This document shows, in pieces, positions 63,814 through 64,000 of a stretch of 64,000 nucleotides of DNA; position 1 is the first letter of the stretch; each line of letters opens with the position of its first letter. A program made the translations under genes and the position numbers. The DNA is from a virus (Duplodnaviria; Heunggongvirae; Uroviricota; Caudoviricetes), in IMG/VR virus record IMGVR_UViG_3300029922_000006. One strand, 5' to 3'. Below the pieces are notes generated by a model. The model searched no databases and had not been told where the DNA came from. It saw only the letters and a list, made by a program, of their open reading frames with translations.

Positions 63814-64000
63814 TAGTTCTTCGTGATCTTAAACGAATTGATCTTACTAGCACGAGGCTCTTGCTTCTCGTGCTCAGGGTAAATCTCTACTTTCATTCTA
63901 GTCTCGCCATCATCATGCTCAGTAGTAGGTTTGATTGCCTCGATAGTGAGGCATTCAACCATTGCACCTGTGCCTGGATCCTCTTCACTGATAGTGAGAT
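63810..64000 (-). CDS. hypothetical protein, 5' end beyond window
   Basis: The minus strand is stop-free from 64000 down to a TAA at 63812..63810 (...MKVEIYPEHEKQEPRASKINSFKITKNY*). Confidence 0.35.
   Translation of the reverse strand, partial: LTISEEDPGTGAMVECLTIEAIKPTTEHDDGETRMKVEIYPEHEKQEPRASKINSFKITKNY

Overview
This window looks like part of a large dsDNA phage genome, about 42% GC and densely packed with genes.

- **Layout:** 1..12 kb carries a plus-strand structural block with a 1094-aa tail fibre. The rest is a long, mostly minus-strand block of early and auxiliary-metabolism genes, broken only by short plus-strand islands.
- **T4-like replication/repair genes:**
  - four endonuclease VII paralogs and a DexA-like exonuclease;
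  - an ATP-dependent DNA ligase and RNase HI;
  - a gp55-like late sigma candidate with one TATAAATA motif;
  - ThyX and a class II RNR with an HNH gene between them;
  - a dCMP deaminase fused to an HNH domain.
- **Possible base modification:** a gp42-like pyrimidine hydroxymethylase with Asp at the cytosine-specificity position sits near a UDG-superfamily gene and an unknown 228-aa ORF.
- **Auxiliary metabolism:**
  - an NAD+ salvage / ADP-ribose module of NadV, a TARG1-like macro domain, Prs and a SpoT-like HD hydrolase;
  - an SPFH protein;
  - a MoxR ATPase with a vWA/HExxH partner;
  - a phosphatase, a HAD hydrolase and an Nfu-like protein.
- **Translation:** peptide deformylase, a PTH2-type peptidyl-tRNA hydrolase, and minus-strand tRNAs. 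The main tRNA cluster is at 29.9-31.4 kb. Clean tRNA-Asn and type-II tRNA-Ser lie among several atypical tRNA-like elements, and an HNH endonuclease gene is inserted in the cluster.
- **Isolated tRNAs:** an initiator-like tRNA-Met(CAT) at 48.7 kb and a tRNA-Trp(CCA)-like element at 23.2 kb.
- **Proteolysis:** three ClpP-family paralogs, one of them secretion-signalled, an AAA ATPase and a lipoprotein-type subtilase.
- **Most unusual:**
  - a tandem trio of glycine-rich paralogous proteins after the tail fibre;
  - a FlgM-like (anti-sigma-28) domain protein;
  - the putative hydroxymethyl-cytosine cluster.

Every call rests on motif recognition by eye; no database search was possible.
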